Shown piece after piece: positions 13,346 through 27,143 of a stretch of DNA of 64,000 bases. The position numbers were made by a program, and so were the translations under genes. Origin of the DNA: Octopus vulgaris (taxonomy: Eukaryota). The stretch covers positions 37,572,001-37,636,000 of the forward strand of contig OX597824.1 in assembly GCA_951406725.2 (NCBI GenBank), read 5' to 3'. Within the stretch, counting starts at the first letter, position 1; each line of letters starts with the position of its first letter. Under the pieces are notes generated by a model, which was given only the letters and a program-made list of their open reading frames with translations, did no database searches and was not told the origin of the DNA.

Positions 13346-14123
13346 GAGAGAAACTCTGTATGATGATCGCAGACTTGTGGAAAGAATAACGCGAAGTAGT
13401 TTTAGCTGAAGCGCCACCTCATTTTCTAGTATGTTGTACTTCATCTTATTTCTAGACATCCCTGATGAGCGCTTCTACTGTATATTTCCTTCCAGTTTTA
13501 AACATTCAAGGGTTCAAACTAAACTCTAGCTATATAATTCTAAACTTGGTCTGGGGGGAGATTTTAAAGCGCATGTAAGCAAACGCCAAATTGATTGAAG
13601 GATTCCTCGTTTTAATGAGTTCATAGGCTGCTTGAATGCAAACATTCTATTTTCACATATCCTCCAGCACATTACATTTCTCAATAAAATTGTTTCTTAA
13701 TGTTGCTTTCTACAAGTGGAGTGCTTTAGCCAGAGATATTTTAGAAATCTTATAAAAAATATTTTCTCGATATATCATTTTCCCCTTACTCTTGTTACTC
13801 TGTCGTATCATCAAGAAACCTTATCGAAAACCTTGTTCAAGTGCCCTTGTCAAACACAAGAGTCTTTAACTTTTCTCCTCAGCCAAGTTGCCTTTCGAAA
13901 ATGTTGTTCCTCAGTAAAGTTGTTTCAAATTAATTTTGCCGGAGGAAGTTGAGACAAGATATATATTATTTTTAAGGACACTAAAAGTTCTTGGAAGAAG
14001 TCATCTGGAATAAGAGCTCTTCATTTGGCTAATTCTCTTTCTAGCTATCAACTGAAAAAAGCAATTATTACAAAACAAAAATACAGAAACGTGAGTCCAA
14101 TACGACGCTGGTTTGAGAAGGAC

Positions 14124-14217
<94 letters not shown>

Positions 14218-15269
14218 AGGGAGAGAAACAGACCGACAGAGAGGGGATTTAGCAATCTACTATCTCTCAGCAAACGTCAAAAAAAGCTGGTATACTTTAT
14301 ACTTCCAGAGACGGCGTGTTCTTTCTCAGACCATCATATTTATCCTGACGAAGTGACATTAACCCCTGACGTAGGGGTATTAACATACATACGCTCATAG
14401 CCGTTCACATACATATGATGACAAATATTTCTCGTCACAAGAACGTAATTCTAAAAAGTAAACTCAAACGGTCTATAAATTTTACTAAATTATTGGGAGT
14501 TCTATCGAAGTTAGAACTGTATAATATACACTAAAGATGCACCTCATAGAAGCCTAACTCAACATATCAACGAAAAATTTTTCGATACGAACAAAAGTAT
14601 ATTTGGTATCTAGTACCATGGTGTGTTGTAAAGATTAGTTGTCTTATTTATTTATACCTGGTAGATAAATTAGTTCCCATTCTACTGTTGTAGTTGCGCG
14701 GTAGCTTTTGTTTTATGACGAAATTTTGACATTATCATTGACTTTTGTTTAAAACATTGGTATGTTTAAAATATTGTATGTTTATCATATAGCCTTTCTT
14801 TGTCATTCACAGTTTCATGGCCTTATAATATTCAAGCTGAGCGTTTCTGTCCCAAGTTTTATTTGTTGAACTCAAAAATAGTCCTCTCATTTGCCATATA
14901 TATCTGGAAGTGATTGTAATATTCCTCTTTCGCTCTATTACTGAACGTGGGCAGTACAGGTACATAAACACATATATTGGTTGTTATCACTTCCGATCTA
15001 GATGTTGAGAACAGCAGTTCCCATTACCAGTGATGACAGAGAAAATATATTCCCTCAGGTCATATTTGTCTGTGCGTAAAATACAATGGCGGCGTCTATA
15101 GTTCATTCACATTTTCCACTGTATTGAATCTTTATAACCGCTTCTCCCAATTCAAATGACACAAATAACTCGTACTTGACATTAGATGAAATCAGTTTCT
15201 TTTACAGCACGGTTGCAGCAAAAGACGTGATTAGTATAAGCTTTGTTATTTGTACTAACACTCACTCAT

Positions 15270-15364
<95 letters not shown>

Positions 15365-15469
15365 TCTTTTTACACAGCTAATCAATTATGAACCAAAATG
15401 ACCTTCTCTTTGTCAACAACTTCTACCCCTGTCTTCTCCAAAATGTTTTGGTTTCTAATGTAATCAGTG

Positions 15470-16030
15470 ATTACAGGACGGCCATTAACTGTGTTTATTA
15501 CTCCACTGTTGCTGTACATTGGACATGTAATGTCTGGATACTTACAAAGAACTATGTTGTACCTTGATGAAGCAGTCTTCATTAATACAGGGCTGGTGGA
15601 AGGCGTATATTTTTGGATTGGTCGTAAAGTCAATAAGCTGAAGGTGTTTATTCCCAAGAGATCTTCCAGCAAAAGAAATCATCCTTGATGGTTTCCTTCG
15701 TGTAGACAACTCAGTATCGATAAATACCAATCGAAGTATATTCCGTAGTCTCAGAGGAAAGTTGTTGAGTGCCTAAAGAAAAATGATAGAAAATGGTTGA
15801 TCAAATGGTAGGATGTTCACATTTGCTCCCGCGTCAAGAAGATATCGCGTACCAGTTATGTTGTCGGTCAAATTAAAAAGGCAACCAGTTGTACTATGAC
15901 CAAGTTGATTTGTCGCATCTAGTCGCTGGCTGCGGACTTTCTTATGTGAAAACAAAGGTTACATTGCCAAAAATGGTTGATGTATTTATAAGCGTTCAAT
16001 GATACCAATACTGCGATCCGCTTATGTAAG
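15470..16030 (-). mobile_element. Decayed Gypsy LTR-retrotransposon gag/protease remnant
   Basis: LFNLTDNITGTRYLLDAGANVNILP (aspartic protease DTG-like motif), downstream LIDFTT, KYPDITCP and GRPV, and an upstream YWYH gag knuckle remnant. Confidence 0.7.
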
Positions 16031-17275
16031 GAAACCGAAATTTAGGCCGGTTACTTTGGGTTCTTTGCCGTTCTTGATAAAGACAATTTGTGAGAGCTTA
16101 CGCCTGATGCATCAGGCTGGCAACTTCAGCGATGAGGGATGGTCAACACTTTCGACTGCTGTGGTTGGTGGTGTAGGAATAGATGATGGTACTGCTGTTC
16201 CATGTACTACTAAGGACAGAGGTAAAGAGACATCTATTATCTTGCTCACCAACTCAAGTTCGATGGAGACAGCATCTATTGACGATGCAGGAGTGATCTG
16301 TCCCTATAGGAAGTCGTAAAAAAAAATAGTTCTTTTTTAAAGGCATCTTATACAGTTTTATCTCTTAGAATTCAATGTATCTTATGTTGAAGCCGAGATG
16401 GCTTGTAGTTGCCTAACACCTCTGAGATGAGAAGTTAGTGTGATAGCTACTGTTGAGATATGTAAGTGCGCTTGATAATCTAATTTATCAACAATACTGC
16501 ATTCAGCATATTCTTGTTTTCAACAGCTGAACTCATTTCGTTCAGAGTAGCTGCAACCGAATTGTGGTTTAGTTTACTGAAGTAAGTACATAACGCTGAC
16601 GAGGGTTTCACGAGTCAGCAGTGCTGAGTTCAAATCCTGTTGCACAGGAGAAGGCAATGAGAAACTAATCTGGATGTTTAGAATTGCAAAAGGGTTTCGA
16701 GACTAACATCCCACCCACCACCATCACCCTCTCCACACCATTAACAGTAGCAACAGCGGCCCCATATACACCACAACCACCACCACCATCATCACCAACA
16801 TCACCAACACCACCACCACGATACCAACGGCATCAACAATAACAGCAGCAATAAGAACTAGTTCTAGTCAGAGTAAGCCCCCCCTCCTATGTGGTCAGTC
16901 GATCTTCAAAAAATAGCAGTCAAATCACTTCAAAAACACTCTTCCAACTTACCCCTCCCTCACCAAAAAATGAATGGATGCATTAGATAATGCAGTTCTC
17001 GAAGACAAGATAGTCACAATTAGAATGTCTTTGGTCACTCGATAAACAACATCGACGACGACGATGCTCCCGATAAAGGGATCCATTTGGTCCCTCGATC
17101 TGCTTTTTCCCCCTGAAACTAATCTCTCCACCTTAAAGGACACTGCAAATAATGTGGTCCGAAAAAGTATTACAGAATGGTCGTGGCTAGTATGTCTTGA
17201 TCACAGGCGGACCAGACCAGGGTTGATATAATGTTGAACAACGACAAAACAGCGGATTTAGCGATATTAGCTGTG

Positions 17276-17548
17276 GGTGAGCTGGCAGAAACGTTAGCAC
17301 GCCGGGCGAAATGCTTAGCGGTATTTCGTCTGTCGTTACGTTGTGGGTTCAAATTCCGCCGAGGTCGACTTTGCCTTTCATCCTTTCGGGGTCGATAAAT
17401 TAAGTACCAGTTACGCACTGGGGTCGATGTAATCGACTTAATACCTATGTCTGTCCTTGTTTGTCCCCTCTATGTTTAGCCCCTTGTGGGTAATAAAGAA
17501 ATAGGTATTTCGTCTGCCGCTACGTTCTGAGTTCAAATTCCGCCGAGG
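17276..17548 (+). mobile_element. SINE family B
   Basis: Full first unit plus the start of a second unit. Confidence 0.9.
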
Positions 17549-18034
17549 AGTTTGAATTCAGTAAGAGTTGTTAGGAAATACTGCATCTCGTACCGTATGT
17601 TTTGTGACAGTCTTCCTATACAAACTGTTTTTCATATCCTTGAATATGGTTGATAAGATTTATCTCAGTAGCCTTCAATCTGTCCGAAGTGGCAGTTATA
17701 TAATGATGGCATAATATCATGATGCATCTTAAGCAAGTATCTTCAACCATAGGCTCCGGGTGACCAAAACCTCGAGAGTGAAAGTTGGTAGGCAAGAAAA
17801 ATGTAGTGAAAACTATCAGAGGAACCATTTTTGCTTTTGTTAGATTTGATTCACTTCCCACCGTCTTTAGCAGAATCTCTTTTGTTGAAACTATTCAGAT
17901 CAAATCTCTGGTCGTCACGTCATTTACCATTATGTATCTGCTACAATATATTTTAAAGAATCTACCATATTAGAAACAGATCAGAAACATTTGTGATTAA
18001 CAACGTTGTTCAAAATATGAGATTCTGCTGGTTG

Positions 18035-18657
18035 GGATCTTTACCTTTTGAACGGCAGATCGAGAAATTAATGTTTTGTAACTAAACACTTTCAAACTTC
18101 GGACCTGGTAGAATGTGTCATATAAAACATCTTTTACTCTTAGTGTTGTTGAGAAAAGTTTCTATTTTCAAAGTTATTTCGTGTTAAAGTTGTCGTATTT
18201 CGGTAATTTTAACCAATAAATGACGTGTATTCAGCTGAATAAAATTACTGCCGTTGTTTGTCAACAACAACTCCCGGCGGTGTATATTTCGTTTGTCACT
18301 GTTATTTATGACATATTTCATCTCAGTTACGTTTGTATGAATAAACGAGTGTATCTGAAGCATGTTTACTTTATGGCACTACCATAATCATTCGTGCTTC
18401 ATTTTTCATTTTTTTGAAGTTGTTGTTGACAAACAACAGCAGTAATTTTATTCAGCTGAATACACATCATTGATTGGTCGAAATTACCGAAATACGACAA
18501 TTTTAACAAGAAATAACTTCCAAAATACAGAATTTTCTCAACAACGCCAAGAGTAAAAGATGTTTTATGTGACACATTCTACCAGTATACGAAGTCTGAA
18601 AGTGTTTAGTTACAAAAAAATCATTTTTTAAATATGTCGGTTAAAAGGTAAAGATCC
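18035..18657. mobile_element. Foldback-type relative of the Merlin-like MITE, ~240-bp inverted arms
   Basis: Starts GGATCTTTACCTTTTGAACGGCA and ends TTAAAAGGTAAAGATCC; arms ~18035-18272 and ~18420-18657. Similar to the left part of 2804-3229. No TSD seen. Confidence 0.8.
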
Positions 18658-19145
18658 CAATCGACTACTTAACTGGCAAGAACAGCCAGTTTATCACAAA
18701 GTTTATCTTCGTAGTCCAGCTTGGAAGGTGTCCAATCAACATTGTATATTGATAAAACTATCATTATTTATACCATGCCTCTATCATATACAATGATGAA
18801 GACGGTCTGAAGGATCAATTTTCTTTTTCTAGGAAAATAGCTGTGGATCCCTTCAGCCAGTTTTAACAACTCAGCTTCCAAGTTGCAGTTCTCTTTAGTA
18901 TATTGGTTTATGTTTGTTGGGCACATAGCCACAAAGTTGTACTGTCTAGGTTGGAGTGGAGATAATGGCAAATTATGGTGTCCGATCTTTTTCTCTTCAA
19001 AGCGTCAGAGGCATGACGTATAAAGATCTTTTATGCTGAATCGAAACCGCATCGGCTCCCCAGTATTAATCAGAATACAGATGAAACGAAACCATTCAAA
19101 CAGCTAGTCTATTGTTTAACTTATTCTGCCAAGTAAACACTCTTC

Positions 19146-19237
19146 TGTATTTTGGAAGTTATTTCTTGTTAAAGTTGCCGTATTTCGGTAATTTGAACCA
19201 ATCAATGACGTGTATTCAGCTGAATAAAATTACCGCT
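19146..19237. mobile_element. Fragment of the 18035-18657 element arm
   Basis: Near-identical to 18160-18250. Confidence 0.7.
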
Positions 19238-19811
19238 TAATTAGAGATATATTGTGAAACAGGCTTGAAAAAGTTATAGAAATCTTTAAGTAAAATGTTG
19301 AAATATATTAAATAACATTGGTTCATCCAATTTGCTACTGAAATATTCAGAAACCAGTACTATTTGAGGCATCGTGGCGGATCTTTGACAAGAGTTGATA
19401 CAACAATCCCTGCTGTAACCATTAGCATAGTGGTTGTTATTGTTGTTGTTGAAAAACTCACCACCACATCTGCCCACAGCCTTTACATCCCAAATATAGT
19501 GAACTCCAGTAAAATTTGCGAACACACTATGTATGCACACCATCGTGCATGTCTAAAAGTGCATAGAATGCAGGGAGATGTCTAAATTTATAATGCTAGT
19601 AGGTACAAGTATTTTAAGCACTAAACGTAAATAACATGTGATGACGTAAAACTTCATTATATTATATTCCGTTCCATTTCATTTCTTGGAAAAGTTGAAT
19701 CTTATTTGTATCTATACATATAAATAATCTAAGGAACAATGGCTTCGTTTCTTCTCACTAATCTTATTAATATTACCAATATGCTATTCTGTACACTAGA
19801 AAGATGTATTG

Positions 19812-19888
<77 letters not shown>

Positions 19889-19934
19889 GATATACGTACG
19901 TACACATATACATACAAAAATACTCTGTTGATAT

Positions 19935-20313
19935 TCTTTTCTACTTTAAGCACAAGACCCGAAATTTGTGGGGAGGGGGCCAGTCGATTAGATCGACCCC
20001 ACTACGCAACTGGTACTTAATTTATCGACGCCGAAAGGATGAAAGGTAAAGTCGACCTCGGCGGAATTTGGACTCAGAACACAAAGACAGACGAAATATC
20101 TATTTCTTTACTACCCACAAGGGGCTAAACATAGAGAGGACAGACAGACGGATTAAGTCCATTATATCGACCCCAGTGCTTAACTGGTACTTAATTTATC
20201 GACCCCGAAAGGATGAAAGGCAAAGTCGACCTCGAGGGAATTTGAACTCAGAACGTAGCGGCAGACGAAATACAGTTACGCATTTCGCCCGGTGTGCTTG
20301 CTGCCAGCTCGCC
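19935..20313 (-). mobile_element. SINE family B, two units
   Basis: Reverse complement of the family consensus. Confidence 0.88.
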
Positions 20314-20413
20314 ACATTTTAATACAACATTGAAATTCCAATGAAAGAGCATTGAATCTAGGTTAGAAATCGGTTCTTTTATTGGCAAGAAATTGTGAAA
20401 TAGAATTGAATGA

Positions 20414-21046
<633 letters not shown>

Positions 21047-21308
21047 AAACACTCCTGTTACAACCTGAGACCTTGAAGACTGCTTTAATGCAAGAAAGTA
21101 TACTAGTCCCTTAAGATTTTATATTCAATATTTCATCTATTCAATAAGACTATTCAATACTTCATTTCATTTTCCTATATATATATTATTTATACTATAT
21201 ATTCTATATTCTACGTTAATATTATAAAGAATATAAATAAAACATAAAAAACAGAGTCGGAATTCCTTTGAATAATATATATCCCTCTATACACAATCAT
21301 ACAAACCC

Positions 21309-21362
<54 letters not shown>

Positions 21363-21411
21363 GTAACAGAAAAGAGGAATTTCGGTTGATCCCACGTGGT
21401 GGATTGTAATG

Positions 21412-21625
21412 TATATAAGAAAAATAAAAACGGAAAATACGCACACTTACATGGTTATAGAATAACCTTTAATGTATCGAAGGTATATAGTATAACTTTT
21501 AATGTATTTTCATATAAATTAAACATTGTATCATGAATAGCGATTGCGAAACCGGTCGATACATTAAACGTTATACTATAACCATGTAAGTGTGCGTATT
21601 TTCCGTTTTTATTTTTCTTATATAT
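21412..21625. repeat. Inverted repeat (~69-bp arms) enclosing a hammerhead remnant
   Basis: 21412-21480 is the near-perfect reverse complement of 21556-21625. Confidence 0.85.
21527..21563 (+). ncRNA. Degenerate hammerhead ribozyme motif
   Basis: TGTATC-atgaata-GC-gatt-GC-GAAA-CCGG-TC-GATACA: perfect 6-bp stem I, palindromic ACCGGT stem III, GUC site. The 5' core has two substitutions relative to CTGANGA. Confidence 0.65.
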
Positions 21626-21653
21626 ATATATATACATACATACATACATACAT

Positions 21654-21703
<50 letters not shown>

Positions 21704-21722
21704 GTATATATGTATATATATA

Positions 21723-21771
<49 letters not shown>

Positions 21772-21941
21772 CATACACACATATATATAAATATAATAAT
21801 TATTATTTGAGGGAATAAAATCCAAACCTACTTAATCATTGACATTTTATTGTTATTTTAATTTTGATATTACTATTATATGTAATTTTCTAGATGGTGT
21901 AATTTAATTGTTCATTTTGAATTGATAAAAGGTGTTTTTTC

Positions 21942-21978
<37 letters not shown>

Positions 21979-22759
21979 TTACACTCACAAAACGTACTGA
22001 TATCAAGAGAACTTATAAAAAAAGAAATGAAACAGAAATAAGATCAAGCCACAATAATTACAACAACGATGAAATAACAAAATCGATAGAATTAGGGGTT
22101 TGATTTGTTTTTAATTGTTTTGCATATAATAGAATTGAATTTTATAGAAGAGCTTTTGAACAAACCTTATAATGACTCGAAGAAAATTGCAGCATATAGA
22201 GCTGAACAAAAGTGATGAAATTCAATGTGGTGCTTCACCCAAGTGGCATTAGTTTTATCTAAAACATTTGTACGTATTCTTGATCTCTCCTGCCTCAAAG
22301 TTTGTCTGTAACTCAAAAGGTAGCGATATAGCATATCTCCGCGCAAAACTTAATGTATTCATACGCGCTTGCGTGTTCGCGCCGTGCACCCACACAAACA
22401 AACGCATGCAGGTATTCATACAAATAGTTGCCCAATCGAACACATGTACACATATATATACACACTCTTATACACGTAATCTTTATATTAACAATATGGT
22501 CAACGAAAAAAAAAAAAAGAAAAATGTCCGGAATTTACGTGTGGACAGATGCGTTATATTGCCTTAGAGAACGGTTAATATTCGGAACTGATTAAGTTTA
22601 CGTAAGCAGGGCTGGCTGTAGCATCGCAGGCGTCTCGAGTGAGCTAAATATTTTGTGACGGTGAACGTACCGTATCCAGGTAACAATGGAATGGGATACG
22701 ATTTAAGTTTAAAATACTTTCAGAAATGTAATTTCCATGACTTAGAAAAATTTATCATA

Positions 22760-22893
<134 letters not shown>

Positions 22894-22894
22894 A

Positions 22895-22940
<46 letters not shown>

Positions 22941-22946
22941 ACATGT

Positions 22947-23075
22947 GAAGGTGCGTGGCCTAGTGATTAGGCTGTTGCATTCACACGATCGCTAGATTAT
23001 GGGTTCGATTCCCAGACGGGGTGCGGGTTGTGTTCTTCACCAAAACACTTCATTTCACGTTGTTCCAGTCCTCCT
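22947..23075 (+). mobile_element. tRNA-Arg-like SINE family C, head fragment
   Basis: gaaggtgcgtggcctagtgattagg..cacgatcg..ggttcgattccc followed by aacacttcatttcacgttg. Confidence 0.65.
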
Positions 23076-23161
23076 TTCGAAATCTAAAAACAATGCAAAG
23101 CGTATAGTGACCAGCGATGTGTAACTCCATCCGTTAGTCTGGTCGGTCACGTGATCACGTG

Positions 23162-23201
<40 letters not shown>

Positions 23202-23202
<1 letters not shown>

Positions 23203-23706
23203 GAGGCGCAATGGCCCAGTGGTTATGGCAGCGGACTCGCGGTCGTAGGATCGCGGTTTCGATTCCCAGACAGGGCATTGTGAGTCTTTATTGAGCGAAA
23301 ACACCTAAACCTCCACGAGTCTCCGGCAGGGGTTGGTGGTGAACCCTGCTGTACTTTTCCACCATAACTTTCTCTCACTCTTTCTTCCTGTTTCTGTTGT
23401 ACCTGTATTTCAAAGGGTTAGCCTTGTCACACTTTGTATCATGCTGAATCTCCCCGAGAACTACGTTAAGGATACACGCGTCTGTGGAGTGCTCTGCCAC
23501 TTGCACGTTAATAAATGAGCTGCGACGTCACTGGTGCCAAGCTGTATCGGCCTTTGCCTTTCCCTTGGATAGCATCGGAGGCGTGGAGAGGGGAGGCTTG
23601 TATGCGTGGGCGACTGCTTGTCTTCCATAAACAACCTTGCCCAAACTTGTGCTTCGGAGGGTAACTTTCTAGGTGCAATCCCATGGTCATTCATGACCGA
23701 AGGGGA
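23202..23706 (+). mobile_element. tRNA-Arg-like SINE family C (octopus OR-type), chimeric
   Basis: tRNA-like head tggcccagtggtta..gtttcgattccc. The central block is shared with 39062-39293 and the 3' block with 27952-28276. Confidence 0.85.
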
Positions 23707-23711
23707 TCACG

Positions 23712-23776
<65 letters not shown>

Positions 23777-23914
23777 CTGAAAAGGGGTTAAGAGTCCCTA
23801 CAAATCAAAAATTATCGTTAAAAAAGTAAATAAAGTTGGAAAAGGCACAAAAGTATATTTTAGAGAATGTTTAATATTTTTGTTAAATCGAGTGATTTAA
23901 AATATTCTTTCTAA

Positions 23915-24307
23915 TCTCTCTCTATATAAAGCTGAAGTTGTCTATGTATGGCAGGTTTGGTGGCCTTCAACGAACACTATCTCCTCCGAGACCCTGCGGT
24001 GCAAGTTGACCAAAATTGAGAGTATGGTAGAAGAAGGCTTGCTCTTCCTTCCGTGAAAGAAAAAATTCAAATCGGACCATGTTAACACCAAAAATTATTT
24101 ACATCAAAAAGGTGGGTTTTTTTCTATGAAAATCCCTATTTTTTACGAATTTTTTACTGCTGTGTCGCCATTTTTCGGTGTATTTCAACCAGAAAAATGT
24201 TCACTTAAAGAGAATAACAAGCTACATAATGCAAAAGTTTTACTTTTCAAAATTTCCAATTCTAAAGGGTCGAAACAAACCCGAGCAACGCCGGGCGATA
24301 CTGCTAG
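23915..24307 (+). mobile_element. Non-autonomous Helitron
   Basis: 5' TC, subterminal hairpin CCCG(A)GC-aac-GCCGGG, 3' CTAG, A^T insertion site, no TSD. Confidence 0.88.
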
Positions 24308-24344
24308 TATTTGATAAGATGGATACTTCGAAACTGTTTATATT
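24308..24344 (+). ncRNA. Degenerate hammerhead ribozyme motif interrupted by a Helitron
   Basis: (aa|)tat-TTGATAA-gatg-gata-cttc-GAAA-ctgt-tt-atatt. Stem I aatat/atatt is restored when the Helitron at 23915-24307 is removed. Confidence 0.45.
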
Positions 24345-24545
24345 TTGAATCACTCACTGTAACAAAGATATTAAACATTCTCTAAAATATACTTTTGTGC
24401 CTTTTTCCAACTTTATTTACTTTTTAACTACACACACACACACACACGCACAGTGAAAATGTTGACTTCAAAGTTTTGACAATCACACTGTTGTTGACTT
24501 CATCCCACTGCAAAAATTAGGTGAAATGGGATAGAATCGGTCAAT

Positions 24546-24976
24546 ATTTTTTGGCAAAAGGCCAACAACTTCGGGGAAGGAGGTAAGTCGATTATATCGA
24601 CCCCACTGTTCAACTGGTACTTGTTTTATCAACTCCAAAATGACGAAAGACAAAGTTGGCTGCGGCGTAATTTGAACTCAGAACGTAAGGACAGGCGAAA
24701 TGCGGCTAAGCATTTTGCCTGGTGTGCTAACGATTCGGCCAGCTCGCCGCCTTAGGTAGCCTTTATATTGGTTTCAAATTTTGGCATTGGGGGAGGAAGT
24801 AAGTCATTTAAATCGACCTCTCCCACCTCAGTGCTCAACTGGTACTCACTTTATCGACCCCGAAAGGATAAAAGGCAAAGTTGACCTCGGCAGAATTTGA
24901 ACTCAGAACGTAAAGTCGGACGAAATGCTGCTAAGCATTTTGTTCGACGTGCTAATGACTCTGCCAGCTCGCTGCC
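24546..24976 (-). mobile_element. Two adjacent SINE family B copies (24546-24751, 24766-24976)
   Basis: Each has the head (ctgccagctcgccgcc) and the short tail variant. Confidence 0.85.
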
Positions 24977-25579
24977 TCAGTTTGGTTAATATTGGTGGGT
25001 GTTTGTAGTTGTATTGAAGATGTGGTTTTAGTAGCACATTCTCTGGTATATAATAAACCGTCTTTATGGTTTGTTTTATTGGGTAGTATAAATAAAGAGT
25101 TAATGTCATCAATTTAATATATTATACTTAGACTTTTCAGTACTTGTATCTCGTAATTACGGGGGATGTGAGTGGAGAAAGACGTAGTAGAATAAGATAG
25201 AGAAAACGAAAAGAGACAAGTAACAGGGGAAGAAGAAAATTCTGTTTCTTCTTTCTTCCCACACTCCTCCTTCTGTAATCTGTTGAAAAATATTAGCATC
25301 AATATTATATAATTTCATAGATTAATTTAGTTATATTTATTAATATAATGATATTAACTCTTAATTCTTGCTCACCCAATCAAACAGTTAAAAAGAAAAT
25401 GAAGTTTTTTATATATCACAAAAATACACAATTAATTCATACCTCCATTGGAACCACTTAGACACAACCAAAATATGAACCACGAATCCATAAAAAGCTT
25501 GAAAACCAAAACCCTTTCCTGACTAATGACTCTGTCTCTCGCTCATAAAACAAACACACACGCGCGCGCGCGTGAGGGA

Positions 25580-25625
<46 letters not shown>

Positions 25626-25761
25626 TTTTATTATACTATTATCACTATTATTATAAGTATTTATTATGCATTTCCTTAATTTCTAATAGCCTCCTAACCA
25701 TTTAACAATCCGAGTAATAGCTTCTTCTTGCCCGACCTTTATCATTGTTATTGCTTTTGTG

Positions 25762-25998
<237 letters not shown>

Positions 25999-26767
25999 GC
26001 TGTTGTTGTTGTTTATTGGTACTAAAGAGAATTAATGAAAAATTATCCGCTTTTTAAAGATGCTATATAAAGTATATTCTCCAGTTTATGTGTACGATAT
26101 ATACCTTAGCATCGATATTTATGGGATATGTGGTCTGATCAATAAGTATCCGGACTGTTGCTATAGTAACAAAGCTTCTTGGCACAGATTGACCTTGAAC
26201 AGTGTTGTGCTTGTACACTAAGTTTTAACGTTCTAGCTCACTTCCGCTGTTTACAGCAGTGCTTGGAAGGAACGTGTGTAGCGTGTGATCGTCGCACTGA
26301 CAATGACAGAAAGTTGAGCAGAGAATCTGCATTAAATTTTGCCAAAAGCTTGGCGATACCAGCTCAGAGGCCTACGCAAAGTTGCAGAAAGTGTATGGAG
26401 TGGAGACTAAGAACCGCACACAAGTGTATGAGTGGTTCAGACGTTTCCAAGACGGCCGAAAAAATGTCGATAGTGACGAACGTTGTTGGAAACCAGCAAC
26501 CAGAAGAACTGAGAATAACATCGCAACTGTGCGTGCAGCTATGAGGTAAAATCGTCGAATCATCGTCCGTAAGTTATCAGATGATGCACAGATTAGCTAC
26601 AGTTCAGTTCAGTCCATTGTCACTAAAGACTTAGGTATGAGGCGCATGTCTGCCAAGTTTGCGCCAAAACTGCTTTCAGCCGACAAAAAAGACACTAGGG
26701 TTTCAGTTGCATAAGATCTCCTTGATTGTGTCGAGAACAATGAAGACTTTTCGTAGGTCTATGGCTA

Positions 26768-26881
26768 TGTTATATCGCACGTTCGGATGACCTCTACTCA
26801 ACCCCTCGACGTTTAGACTTCTCCCTCTATATCTACGAATTGGGCTAGCCTACTTCATCGTCTGGGGGTGTCGACACAATA
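26768..26881 (-). mobile_element. 114-bp solo LTR-like insertion inside the mariner transposase
   Basis: Interrupts the VYGY|DLET coding stretch; 5-bp TSD GGCTA (26763-67, 26882-86); TGT start. Reverse-complement homolog of 47630-47742. Orientation is arbitrary. Confidence 0.8.
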
Positions 26882-27023
26882 GGCTATGACCTCGAAACAA
26901 AGGCTCAGTCTTAGCAGTGGAAGACCCTAACCTCTCCGAGACCGAAGAAATGAGCAGGTAAGCAATGTGAAAACACTGTTGACCGTTTTCTTCGACTCAT
27001 CATGAGTATGCTCCACCAGGTCA

Positions 27024-27143
27024 GACAGTAAACGAGGAGTACTACCTTAAACAAGGAGTACTACAGTAAACAAGGAGTACAGTAAACAAGGAATACTATA
27101 GTAAACAAGGAATACTGCAAACAGACAGTAAACAAGGAGTATT
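27024..27143. repeat. Tandem amplification of an acagtaaacaaggagtact-like unit inside mariner
   Basis: About 6 variant copies of 16-23 bp. Confidence 0.8.

Larger units (their letters stand above)
23817..24428. repeat. Inverted repeat (~88-bp arms) enclosing a Helitron and a hammerhead remnant
   Basis: 23817-23905 is the reverse complement of 24340-24428 with few mismatches. Confidence 0.85.

Noticed and set aside
13462-13490. CTGATGAG motif
   Set aside because: No stem II followed by GAAA, so it is not a hammerhead.
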